Shown here piece after piece: positions 9,522 to 17,720 of a stretch of DNA of 49,665 bases. The position numbers were made by a program, and so were the translations under genes. The notes beneath the pieces were generated by a model, which worked only from the letters and a program-made list of their open reading frames with translations, did no database searches and was not told where the DNA came from. Every line of letters begins with the position of its first letter. The first letter of the stretch is position 1. The stretch covers positions 1-49,665 of the forward strand of contig CALKEP010000047.1 of assembly GCA_938084645.1 (NCBI GenBank), written 5' to 3'. The stretch is from an uncultured Phycisphaerales bacterium. Lineage in GTDB: Bacteria > Planctomycetota > Phycisphaerae > Phycisphaerales > SM1A02.

Positions 9522-11264
9522 TCAGCCGCCGACCACGGGCGTGGCGTTCCGGACCTCGTCGGGGACGGCGCCTTCGAGATACTCGATGACGGCACCACGT
9601 TCGGCGTCGGTCCGGGCCCGAGCATGGTCGAGCACGGTCCAGCCGCGAAGGTCGCGCACCGAAAGGTCCGCACCGGCGTCACCGAGCATCTTCACCTTCT
9701 CGAATCGCCCTTGAGCCGCCGCGATCACCGCCGCGGTCTGGCCGAGCATGTTCTTGAGTTCCATGTCGGCATCCGCATCAAGCAGGATCCGGAGGTTGCC
9801 GGCATTGCCGATGCGAGCGGCCCGCATCAGGGCGGACTCCTTCGCATGGATCTCCACGGCGTCGATCTCCGCGCCGTTGTCGACGAGGATCGAGACGGCT
9901 TCGGGCTGGCCGATCCCGGCCGCCCAGATCAGCGGCGTCATGCCGCTCTTGTCGACGACGTTGACCGACGCCCCGGCGTCGACGAGGTACCTGGCGGTCT
10001 CGGGATTCTTGGAGAGCGCCACGGCCCAGAGGAGCGGCGTGCCGCCGATCTCGTCGACGTGATCGATCTCTCCACCCTTGGAGACCAGAAGTTCGAGCGC
10101 TTCGAGCTGACCGCTCTCCGCCGCCATCGCGACCGACGTCTTGCCCGCCTTGTTCGGCAGGTTGGGATCCGCGGACGCGTCGAGAAGCAACCCGAGGATC
10201 TCGATGTTGCCTTCCTTCGCCGCCCAGTGGAGGGACGACATGCCGCCGGTCGAGGTCTGGCCGACCGCTTCGCCGGAAGCGATCGCGAGCCTGACCGCGT
10301 CAACGTCGCCGGCGCGAGCCGAGTTGACGAGACGACCGCCCATCGGACGAGCGGGCTGGGCGCCCGGCGTCGGGGGAAGCGGCTTCTGGCGGACGATCGA
10401 GCGACGCACGGTGACGCTGAGCTCGGGCGCGTTGGGATGGTCGGTGATGAGCTTCACGGTCGGCCGGCGGCCACCCGTCTCCCACGCCTCCCAGTCGATG
10501 GCGAGGTCGTGCGAGAGCTTCTTCTCACCGCCGACGCCGCTGAGGACGTTCGGATCGGCCGAGACCACCGTGAACGGGATCTTGTCGACCGCGACGAGCT
10601 GGACCATCTGCTGGTCCGACTCGGTCTGCTTGCCGGCGTCGAGGAACGACGGTTCCATGCTGACGAAGAGGCCGACTTCACCCTCCACGGTCAGAACCTG
10701 CGGGGCGCCGTTCATCATCTGCAGCGTCACCCGCTTGCTGAGCTTGAGCCCCTGCTTCGTCGAGGGCTTGAGCGTGATCTCGATGTCCGCGGTCTCACCC
10801 GGTGCGATCGGCGTCCTGGGCCAGTTGGGCGTCGTGCAACCACAGCTGGCGACGGCCTTCTTGATCTGGATCGGCGCGTCGCCGTTGTTGGTCATCTTGA
10901 TGATGCCGGTCTTCGGGACGCCGGGCTGCATGATTCCGAGCGCGAGCTTCGGCGGATCGAAGGTGATGTCGAGCGGCGCGGCGATGTCGTTCATGCCGGG
11001 GCGGGTGGCCGGCCCCTTGCTTGCGACGGTCGGCCCGGTGCTCAGACCGCTCGGGGCGGCGGGAAGCGTCTTTCGCTTGTCGGGGAGCGCGTCCTTCGAG
11101 ATCTGCTTCGGACCCACCTGCGGCGTCGTCTGCACGGGCGTGGCGGGCGTCGCGGGGGCTGCCGCCTTCGTCTCGTTGGTGGCGACCTCGGCGGAACCTC
11201 CGTCACCTTGCTCGCACGCCACCATCACGAAGAGGAGCGTCGCGGGGACGATGGTCTTGATCAT
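9522..11264 (-). CDS. Putative lipoprotein with DUF1573 domain and C-terminal ankyrin repeats
   Basis: Signal with MVAC lipobox-like site; DUF1573 motif ASCGCTTPNWPRTPIAPGET; several G.TPL.WA-type ankyrin repeats. Alternative start at 11297. Confidence 0.8.
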   Translation of the reverse strand: MIKTIVPATLLFVMVACEQGDGGSAEVATNETKAAAPATPATPVQTTPQVGPKQISKDALPDKRKTLPAAPSGLSTGPTVASKGPATRPGMNDIAAPLDITFDPPKLALGIMQPGVPKTGIIKMTNNGDAPIQIKKAVASCGCTTPNWPRTPIAPGETADIEITLKPSTKQGLKLSKRVTLQMMNGAPQVLTVEGEVGLFVSMEPSFLDAGKQTESDQQMVQLVAVDKIPFTVVSADPNVLSGVGGEKKLSHDLAIDWEAWETGGRRPTVKLITDHPNAPELSVTVRRSIVRQKPLPPTPGAQPARPMGGRLVNSARAGDVDAVRLAIASGEAVGQTSTGGMSSLHWAAKEGNIEILGLLLDASADPNLPNKAGKTSVAMAAESGQLEALELLVSKGGEIDHVDEIGGTPLLWAVALSKNPETARYLVDAGASVNVVDKSGMTPLIWAAGIGQPEAVSILVDNGAEIDAVEIHAKESALMRAARIGNAGNLRILLDADADMELKNMLGQTAAVIAAAQGRFEKVKMLGDAGADLSVRDLRGWTVLDHARARTDAERGAVIEYLEGAVPDEVRNATPVVGG

Positions 11265-11647
11265 TCGGACGGCGGGAAAATCGGAAGTCTTCATCATGAG
11301 CCTCGCTGGAGGAAGATCTGGTCTCGTATCGAAGGGCCCCATCGGCCCCGGCCTGGAGTCGGGCCGAGGCCCACTCCCTGAATCAGTCGCATCGAACCCC
11401 CCATGGGTTCGACCGAACACACGAAAAGATCGCCGAAAACCGCCCTGGCTCGGTCAACTTCGACCGAAGGCGATCCCGGATCGAGCAAAGTCGAAGACTC
11501 GGCTCATGGATACCCCAGCACTGATCCGGCAAGTCCGGGAACGAACGCCGCGGGCCGAGCATTGTACCGCCAATCCGGTCCATAGCGGCGGTTTTCATGG
11601 CTGGAGCACCCGGAGAAGCAGCAAGGGTTGGCTACACTCCCGGGATC

Positions 11648-12961
11648 ATGACCGAAGAAGCCACGCCAACCCCCCCCCACGTCCTGAAGCCCCATGCCCG
11701 GCCGATCCAGCCGATGCCGGTCCAGAAGGAGGGGAAGCAGTTCGTCGCCCTCCGAGACCCCTCGATGCTGATCCAGCAGACGATGGTGGTCCAGCCGCAG
11801 GCCCTGTCCGTCATCCAGCTCTTCGAGGGCGAGCTCGACACCACCGCGATCGCGGAACGGCTGGTCGCCGCCGAAACCCCGGACCGTGATTCCGTGCTGA
11901 AGGAAGCCCGAACCCAGGTCGAGGCCCTCGCCACGCAAATGGATCAGTTCGGGCTTCTCTGGGGTCCCAAGTACGAGGAATACGAGAAGAAGCTCTCCGA
12001 GACGCTCCATGAGCGAGGTTCACTGCCGCTGCAGGCCTCGGGTTCGCTCGTCCAGCTGGCGGCCCAGGCCCGAGGCGGCGAGGAGAAGCCACCCGAAGAT
12101 CCCGACGCCCAGCGGGAATGGGCCCGGGAACTCGCGGTCGGCATGCTCGAGACATGGATGGGGCAGGCCGAGGATCCCGAGTTCGAGACGCCCGTGGTCG
12201 GCCTGGTCGTGCCTCACCTCGATTACGCCCGTGGGGCCGAGGTGTACGCCGGCGGCTATCGCGCGTGGGTCGGTGCCGCCAAGCCCGACCGGGTCGTGAT
12301 CCTCGGAACCAATCACTTCGGGGTCGGCGACGGCGTGGTCATGACCGAACTCGATCACGAAACGCCGCTCGGCCGGGTCACGCCCGACCGCGAGGTCCTT
12401 GCGAAGCTCAAGGACAAGCTGGGCGACCGGCTCTTCAAGGACGAGCTCGATCTGGTTCCGGAGCACTCGATCGAACTCCACCTTCCGTTCCTCACCCATC
12501 TCTTCGGCGACGTGCCGGTGGTCGCGGCCCTCATGCCCGACCCGCTGGTGCCGATGATCTCCGATGACGGCAAGCGGGTGTCGACGCCCGAGTTCGTGAA
12601 GGCCCTGAGCGAGACGCTCGACGAGGTCGGCGGACTCACCTACTTCGTGTCGTCCGCGGATCTCTCGCACGTCGGCCCGCAGTTCGGCGAACCCAAGCCG
12701 GTCGACGACGATCGTCGGGTCGAGGTCGAAAGACACGACCGCGAGCATCTCGGCAAGTACCTCGAGAACGATGCGGCGGGCTTCCTCGAGGCGATGGAGT
12801 GGTGCAAGAACCAGACCCGATGGTGCTCGGTCGGAAACATGTACGCCGTGGCCTCGCTCGCCAAGGCCGCGAACATCGAACTCATCGACTACAAGCAGGC
12901 CTCCGACGACCGCGGAAACCACATGGTCTCCGTCGCGTCACTCGCCTTTCTCGGTGATTGA
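11648..12961 (+). CDS. AmmeMemoRadiSam system protein B (MEMO1 family)
   Basis: VPHLDY, ILGTNH, ETPLG, EHSIELHLPFL and SADLSHVG motifs. Confidence 0.88.
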   Translation: MTEEATPTPPHVLKPHARPIQPMPVQKEGKQFVALRDPSMLIQQTMVVQPQALSVIQLFEGELDTTAIAERLVAAETPDRDSVLKEARTQVEALATQMDQFGLLWGPKYEEYEKKLSETLHERGSLPLQASGSLVQLAAQARGGEEKPPEDPDAQREWARELAVGMLETWMGQAEDPEFETPVVGLVVPHLDYARGAEVYAGGYRAWVGAAKPDRVVILGTNHFGVGDGVVMTELDHETPLGRVTPDREVLAKLKDKLGDRLFKDELDLVPEHSIELHLPFLTHLFGDVPVVAALMPDPLVPMISDDGKRVSTPEFVKALSETLDEVGGLTYFVSSADLSHVGPQFGEPKPVDDDRRVEVERHDREHLGKYLENDAAGFLEAMEWCKNQTRWCSVGNMYAVASLAKAANIELIDYKQASDDRGNHMVSVASLAFLGD

Positions 12962-12979
12962 GCCGGGACGTTCCTCGCC

Positions 12980-13441
12980 ATGAGAGCCGTCGTCCAGCGT
13001 GTCCGATCCGCAAGCGTCACCGTCGAAGACGACGTGGTCGGCGAGATCGGTACGGGCTTTCTGGTGCTCCTCGGAGTCGCGACCGACGACGGCGACGAGG
13101 ACGGGACGTGGATGGCCCGCAAGATCGCGGGCCTCCGGGTGTTTCCGGACGAGGCGGGACGCATGAACCTCGATCTCGCCGCAGCCGCCGGCGAGGTGCT
13201 TCTGGTGAGCCAGTTCACCCTCCAGGCCGACTGCCGCCGCGGCAATCGACCGAGTTTCATCGCCGCCGCAGCACCGGAGATCGCCGCCCCGGCGGTGGAT
13301 CGGGTCGCCACCCTCCTTCGGGAGCGACACGGGCTTCGAGTCGAGACCGGGCGGTTCGGCGCGAGCATGGCGGTCCGCCTGCTCAACGACGGCCCCATCA
13401 CGATCGTGCTCGACTCCACCGTCGACGGTCACGACTCCTGA
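12980..13441 (+). CDS. dtd: D-aminoacyl-tRNA deacylase
   Basis: [19 protein letters not shown] and NDGPIT motifs. Confidence 0.96.
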   Translation: MRAVVQRVRSASVTVEDDVVGEIGTGFLVLLGVATDDGDEDGTWMARKIAGLRVFPDEAGRMNLDLAAAAGEVLLVSQFTLQADCRRGNRPSFIAAAAPEIAAPAVDRVATLLRERHGLRVETGRFGASMAVRLLNDGPITIVLDSTVDGHDS

Positions 13442-13461
13442 CGCCCCGAGGGGCTGTGTCG

Positions 13462-14325
13462 TCACGCCTCTGAAGAACGGACCAGGTCACGGGCGAGCTG
13501 AAGGTCGTTCCAGACCGCGGCCCGGACCTCCGCCGTGTACTGCCGGAGGACGTAGGCCGGATGGAACGTCGGCATGACGGGAATCTCGAGATCCCCGACG
13601 TCGTACCGGCCCCACACCCCGCGAAGTCGAGTGATTCCGGTCTCGGCCCCGAGCAGGAGCTTCGCGGCCGGCCCGCCAAGGGCGACGATCGCTCGTGGAC
13701 GAATCAACTCGATCTGTGATGCGAGCCATCGGCCGCAGGCCTCGGCCTCGTCGGGCCGCGGCGTCCGATTTTCGGGCGGCCGCGTCTTGAGCACGTTCGT
13801 GATGTAGACCGTCTCCCGCGAGAACCCCATCGCGTCGATCATCTGATCCAGCTTCTCACCGGCGGGCCCGACGAAGGGCCGGCCCGTCCGATCCTCGCGT
13901 TCGCCCGGCGCCTCACCGACGAACATCAACGAGGCGGCCTCGTCACCTTCACCGAAGACGATGTTGAGATGGGTTCCCGATGCGTTGCAGTGCACGCATT
14001 CCGCGGCGTGCCGCGCGGCGAGATCGGACAGCTTCTCGGCCACGGATTCACCGAGGAGGTCGTCCCGCGACACCGCCGGAATGCCGACACCGATGGCGGA
14101 CGGCGGATTGGAATGCCCCGCGGTCCCGGAAGCGGCCGGATCCGATGCCCGCGTGGACGCCTCTTCAACCCGATCGACCGGTCGGACCGCATCCTCCTCG
14201 GCGGACGGGAGGATCTCCTCCACCCGTGTGCGGGCGAGCGGCGTCAGTGGAGCGCCCAGCAGCAGGTCCGTTTCGACCATCGCGCGGGCGGCGCGTTCGA
14301 GCATCGGATCCTCGATGATTCCCAT
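13462..14325 (-). CDS. Family-4 uracil-DNA glycosylase
   Basis: FVGEAPG..ED..GRPFVGPAG, RPPENR and TFHPAY motifs. Confidence 0.92.
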   Translation of the reverse strand: MGIIEDPMLERAARAMVETDLLLGAPLTPLARTRVEEILPSAEEDAVRPVDRVEEASTRASDPAASGTAGHSNPPSAIGVGIPAVSRDDLLGESVAEKLSDLAARHAAECVHCNASGTHLNIVFGEGDEAASLMFVGEAPGEREDRTGRPFVGPAGEKLDQMIDAMGFSRETVYITNVLKTRPPENRTPRPDEAEACGRWLASQIELIRPRAIVALGGPAAKLLLGAETGITRLRGVWGRYDVGDLEIPVMPTFHPAYVLRQYTAEVRAAVWNDLQLARDLVRSSEA

Positions 14326-14444
14326 CCCCCCAGTCTACCGATGGAGACGCGGGCCGAGCACTGGACCGACAAGAACGCGGCGGCGCGCCCCGAAGGACGG
14401 CGCCGCCGCGTGCGGTCGTGCTCGCCGGTCGCAGGACCGGAGGA

Positions 14445-15005
14445 TCATTCCTCTTCTTCGTCGACCCCGAGCCTGAACATGGACTGCGTCCGAAGGACGA
14501 GTCCGCAATCGGCGCGAAGGTGATATCCCTGAACGTGAACCTCGGTTCGATATCGCTGGATGTCGAGCACCGACATCTCCGGACGCGACGCGCCATCCGA
14601 ACGGACCACGAGCGAATTGGACTCCCGGGCGTGCTGCGTCATCTCCCGGTAGGTGGACTCGTAGAGATGATCCGAGAGGGTCTCGGTCTGCATCGTCGTC
14701 ATGTACGTGACGGCGTCACCGAAGGTGTTCTCGAAATCCCGTTCGCCGGCGCATGGCAGGTTCGCGACGAGCCCCTTCTCGGGAAGGCTTTCGACCTGAT
14801 CCGTCACGACCTCGCAGATCGTCACGTTGCCGGACTGGAACCGCGAGAGCTGCCCGCCGGGGAAGATCCAACCTTCGAACTCGAAGTCATCCTGCTGGAT
14901 TCGCTTGCGGCCCTCGATCCCGAAGAACTCGGGATGGAGCGGCTTGCGATAGACCAGCATGGTGTAAGCCTGCAGTGAAGTCGTCTTGCTTGATGCGATC
15001 GACAT
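14445..15005 (-). CDS. Conserved hypothetical protein, DUF2617-like
   Basis: YRKPLHPEFF N-terminus and GYH...LVLRTQSMF C-terminus; coding-like codon usage. The family assignment is from memory. Confidence 0.6.
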   Translation of the reverse strand: MSIASSKTTSLQAYTMLVYRKPLHPEFFGIEGRKRIQQDDFEFEGWIFPGGQLSRFQSGNVTICEVVTDQVESLPEKGLVANLPCAGERDFENTFGDAVTYMTTMQTETLSDHLYESTYREMTQHARESNSLVVRSDGASRPEMSVLDIQRYRTEVHVQGYHLRADCGLVLRTQSMFRLGVDEEEE

Positions 15006-15518
15006 GGTGATGGGTCCTTCCCGGCTCTCGATCGAGCCATGTTTCACCGAGCCATGTGCCACCGGCCATGCATGCCATGCTTCGCCGGTTGCGCCTCGGG
15101 CGTGATCCACACGCCGTCGGCGTCACTTCGGTCATCAAGCGAACGGAACGATCCGTGTCGCTCGCACGATGACCACGCCTCGAAACGGGATTCACCCGTT
15201 TCCTTCCCGCTCGGCCTTCGCCGATCCGCCCGGCACGCCGGGTGGCCTCCACCTCGCCTGGGTCGCTCCGCAGGTGGCTGAAAGACAGCCTTCCCGAACG
15301 ACTCGAGCCTCCATCCGCCGGCACCCCACTGGCGGAACGAACACAAAATCCGAACTACGTCTCTTCTCTTCGAGCGGGCTTCCGCATCCAAATCGGCCAA
15401 ATCGATCCGAACTCTGCGAAAACCGCGTCTCGTTTGTCAGCAAGCGGGAATCCCGCACCGCTGACGCTATTGTCGCGAGGACGCCCTGAAAGGCAAGGAC
15501 GTTCCGATTCATTTCAGA

Positions 15519-15566
15519 AAACAAGGTGTGGTGGACTTCCATTCACGAAACCACAAGATCTGGTCG
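15519..15566. promoter_or_regulatory. Tandem NrdR-box-like operators, 32 bp apart
   Basis: aaaCAAGGTGTGGtgg (15519-15534) and ccaCAAGATCTGGtcg (15551-15566), compared with the NrdR consensus acaCwAtATaTwGtgt. Confidence 0.5.
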
Positions 15567-15668
15567 TAAATTTCTCGCAAACCGATATTTACGAGCGATC
15601 CACCCCGTAGGTTCGACCAATTCGCGCGAGACACGAGATTAATCCTCGAATCACCGCCCTCGTGAACG

Positions 15669-15702
15669 AAAACGCCCCGGCCTTCGAGCAAAGGCCGGGG
15701 CG
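15669..15702 (-). terminator. Intrinsic terminator of rnpB
   Basis: cgccccggcctt / aaggccggggcg 12-bp stem followed by UUUU on the minus strand. Confidence 0.8.
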
Positions 15703-15712
15703 GGTCGGGCTG

Positions 15713-16112
15713 GGACGAACTGTAAGCCGAGTTCCGTCGAACGACCTCCGATCGAGGTCGCCGCGGCGATCATTTCTCTGGGAACGCCGTCACCGACATC
15801 CTCCAGCACGCCACCCGCTTCAATCCGCGGACCACGGATCCGAAGGCCGATCGTCGCCGATCGACGCTCGATAGAAGCTGCTTGCGCTTGCACGCGGTGG
15901 GGTTTGCCGTGCCCCGTCCGTCACCGGAACGGGCGGTGTGCTCTTACCACACCTTTTCACCCTTGCCTGCGACCGAAGTCACATCGGCGGTTTCTTTTCT
16001 GTGGCACTTTCCCTGACCCGCAGCCCACGGGCCGGTGGGTGTTACCCACCACCATTGTCCTGTCGTGCTCGGACTTTCCTCGCCGTTTGACCGACGCGAT
16101 CGCCCGTTCGCC
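15713..16112 (-). ncRNA. rnpB: RNase P RNA (bacterial type A)
   Basis: Minus strand contains GAGGAAAGUCC, GGAAAGUGCCACAGAAA, GGUGGUAAGAGC, GCAAACCCC, GCAAG and ACGGAACUCGGCUUAC. The 5' GGCGAAC pairs with the 3' GUUCGUC (P1). TAGACT -10 lies 6 nt upstream. Confidence 0.96.
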
Positions 16113-16179
16113 GTTCGTAGTCTAGCACTGAATCCCCGAACGTCCCCCGGATGTGGGGAACACCCGCTAGCATCCGGCC

Positions 16180-17154
16180 ATGCCGGAAGGGAACCGAGAA
16201 CGCGTGGCGATCTGGGCGGGCGAACGGCAGGCGAGCATGCTGCAGGGGATGTTCGAAGACGGACGTCTGGAGCCGGCGGCGATCGGCGGCGAAGCGGTGT
16301 CGATCCGTCAGGAAGCCACCAGGCTCGGCGTGGTCTTTCACGACGATCCGCGGAGCCTCGCCCACGCCGACGCCGATGCCACGCTCATCGCCGATCCCGA
16401 CCGGGTGATGCCGACCGACGTCCTGGCCGCCATGGTCGCCGAGGCCGAGCGGGCTCGCCGTCCGCTCCTGACGCTCGCGCCCCGCCCCGCATCCATCGAG
16501 GAATCCGCCGAGCTCCTCGCATCGACCCACCTGCCGACGCCCGTACCCACCTTTCGCGACCTTGCCGCGGGTCGACGACTGATCGACGCCGGGATCGCCT
16601 TCGAGACCCCTTCCGGCGCCGCGATCGAGTGCTCCGGTCCCGAGCGGGAAGCCGCCCTCACCGGCCGACTCTTCGACGCCTTCGACCTGCTTTCGGCCTG
16701 GTTCGGGACGCCCACACATGTCGATGCGACCGCCACGCGACCGGTCGGTACGCCGTCATCGCGGCCGAATCGGATCATGGCGATCGCACGCTTCTCGGAT
16801 GGTCGAGCCGCCTCGGTGACGGCCGGAACGGAGGTCGGACGCCACGTTCGGATGGCCACGCTCTACGGCGGGGGTGGACGCCTGCAGTGGAACGACGGCC
16901 GAGTCGACTGGGCCGGCCGCGACGGCGAGATCATCGATCATGACTCCGGGGCCCCGGACCAGCGGACGGACTTCACCGCCGAACTCGTCGAGTCGATTCG
17001 AACGCAGGTCCGCATCCGGGCCGGTGTGGAACCCGGACGCACCTCCGAAGCGACCATCGACCTGCTTGCCACCTGCGAGGCCGTCATGCTGTCCGCGAGG
17101 ACCGGCGAACCGGAGTCCGTGGACGCGGTGAGACGGATGATCGGCCGGGTCTGA
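16180..17154 (+). CDS. Hypothetical protein, remotely Gfo/Idh/MocA oxidoreductase-like
   Basis: Coding-like ORF with a -10 hexamer 6 nt upstream. The C-terminal half (DLLSAWFG.P..V.A; EAVMLSARTGEPESV) resembles the GFO C-domain, but there is no GxGxxG motif. Confidence 0.55.
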   Translation: MPEGNRERVAIWAGERQASMLQGMFEDGRLEPAAIGGEAVSIRQEATRLGVVFHDDPRSLAHADADATLIADPDRVMPTDVLAAMVAEAERARRPLLTLAPRPASIEESAELLASTHLPTPVPTFRDLAAGRRLIDAGIAFETPSGAAIECSGPEREAALTGRLFDAFDLLSAWFGTPTHVDATATRPVGTPSSRPNRIMAIARFSDGRAASVTAGTEVGRHVRMATLYGGGGRLQWNDGRVDWAGRDGEIIDHDSGAPDQRTDFTAELVESIRTQVRIRAGVEPGRTSEATIDLLATCEAVMLSARTGEPESVDAVRRMIGRV

Positions 17155-17217
17155 ATCGGGGACCGAAGCCCACGCGATCCGCATGTGCCGTCGATGCACG
17201 CCGAGGGGCGTCGATCG

Positions 17218-17257
17218 AAAAGAAGACACCCGTCGGCCTGAACGGCCGACGGGTGTC
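17218..17257 (-). terminator. Intrinsic terminator after rplU
   Basis: gacacccgtcggcc / ggccgacgggtgtc perfect 14-bp stem followed by UUCUUUU on the minus strand. Confidence 0.8.
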
Positions 17258-17290
17258 GTGATTCACTGATCGAGGTCGAAGCGTCGCGCT

Positions 17291-17617
17291 TCAGCCGCCC
17301 GAGATGTCGCCGATGCGGACCGTCAGATACTGCTGACGATGGCCGGTCTTGCGACGCATGCTCTTTCGCCGCTTGTAGCGAACCGAGACAAGCTTCTCGC
17401 CCTTCTTCTCGGCGAGGATCTCCGCGGCGACCGTGGCGCCATTGACGTACGGGGTGCCGACGGTGCCGCCCTTGCCGTCCTCGTTGCTGACGGACAGCAC
17501 GCGGTCGAACACCAGGTCGCCCTTGGGTTCGCTGCCATCGGTGCGGGGATCGATCTCGATGACGTCTCCGGGACGCACCATGATCTGGGTTCCGCTGTCT
17601 TCGATGATTGCGTACAC
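17291..17617 (-). CDS. rplU: 50S ribosomal protein L21
   Basis: YAIIEDSGTQ, VGTPYV and GHRQQY motifs; GTG start with GGAG RBS. Confidence 0.93.
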   Translation of the reverse strand: MYAIIEDSGTQIMVRPGDVIEIDPRTDGSEPKGDLVFDRVLSVSNEDGKGGTVGTPYVNGATVAAEILAEKKGEKLVSVRYKRRKSMRRKTGHRQQYLTVRIGDISGG

Positions 17618-17720
17618 GGTCTGGCTCCGGGTCCCGAAGGACGGTTTCTGCGGCGGGGCGGCGTCACGACGCGGCCCGAGGGGAATCCGAGAGGATAGCA
17701 GGGATCCGCGATCGATCAAG

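Noticed and set aside
15081..15480. Cobalamin riboswitch (GGGAAG seen on the minus strand, near NrdR-like boxes)
   Set aside because: The core elements (AGGGAA..GGUG, GCCACUG, B12 box AGYCAG.AGACC) cannot be found in order.
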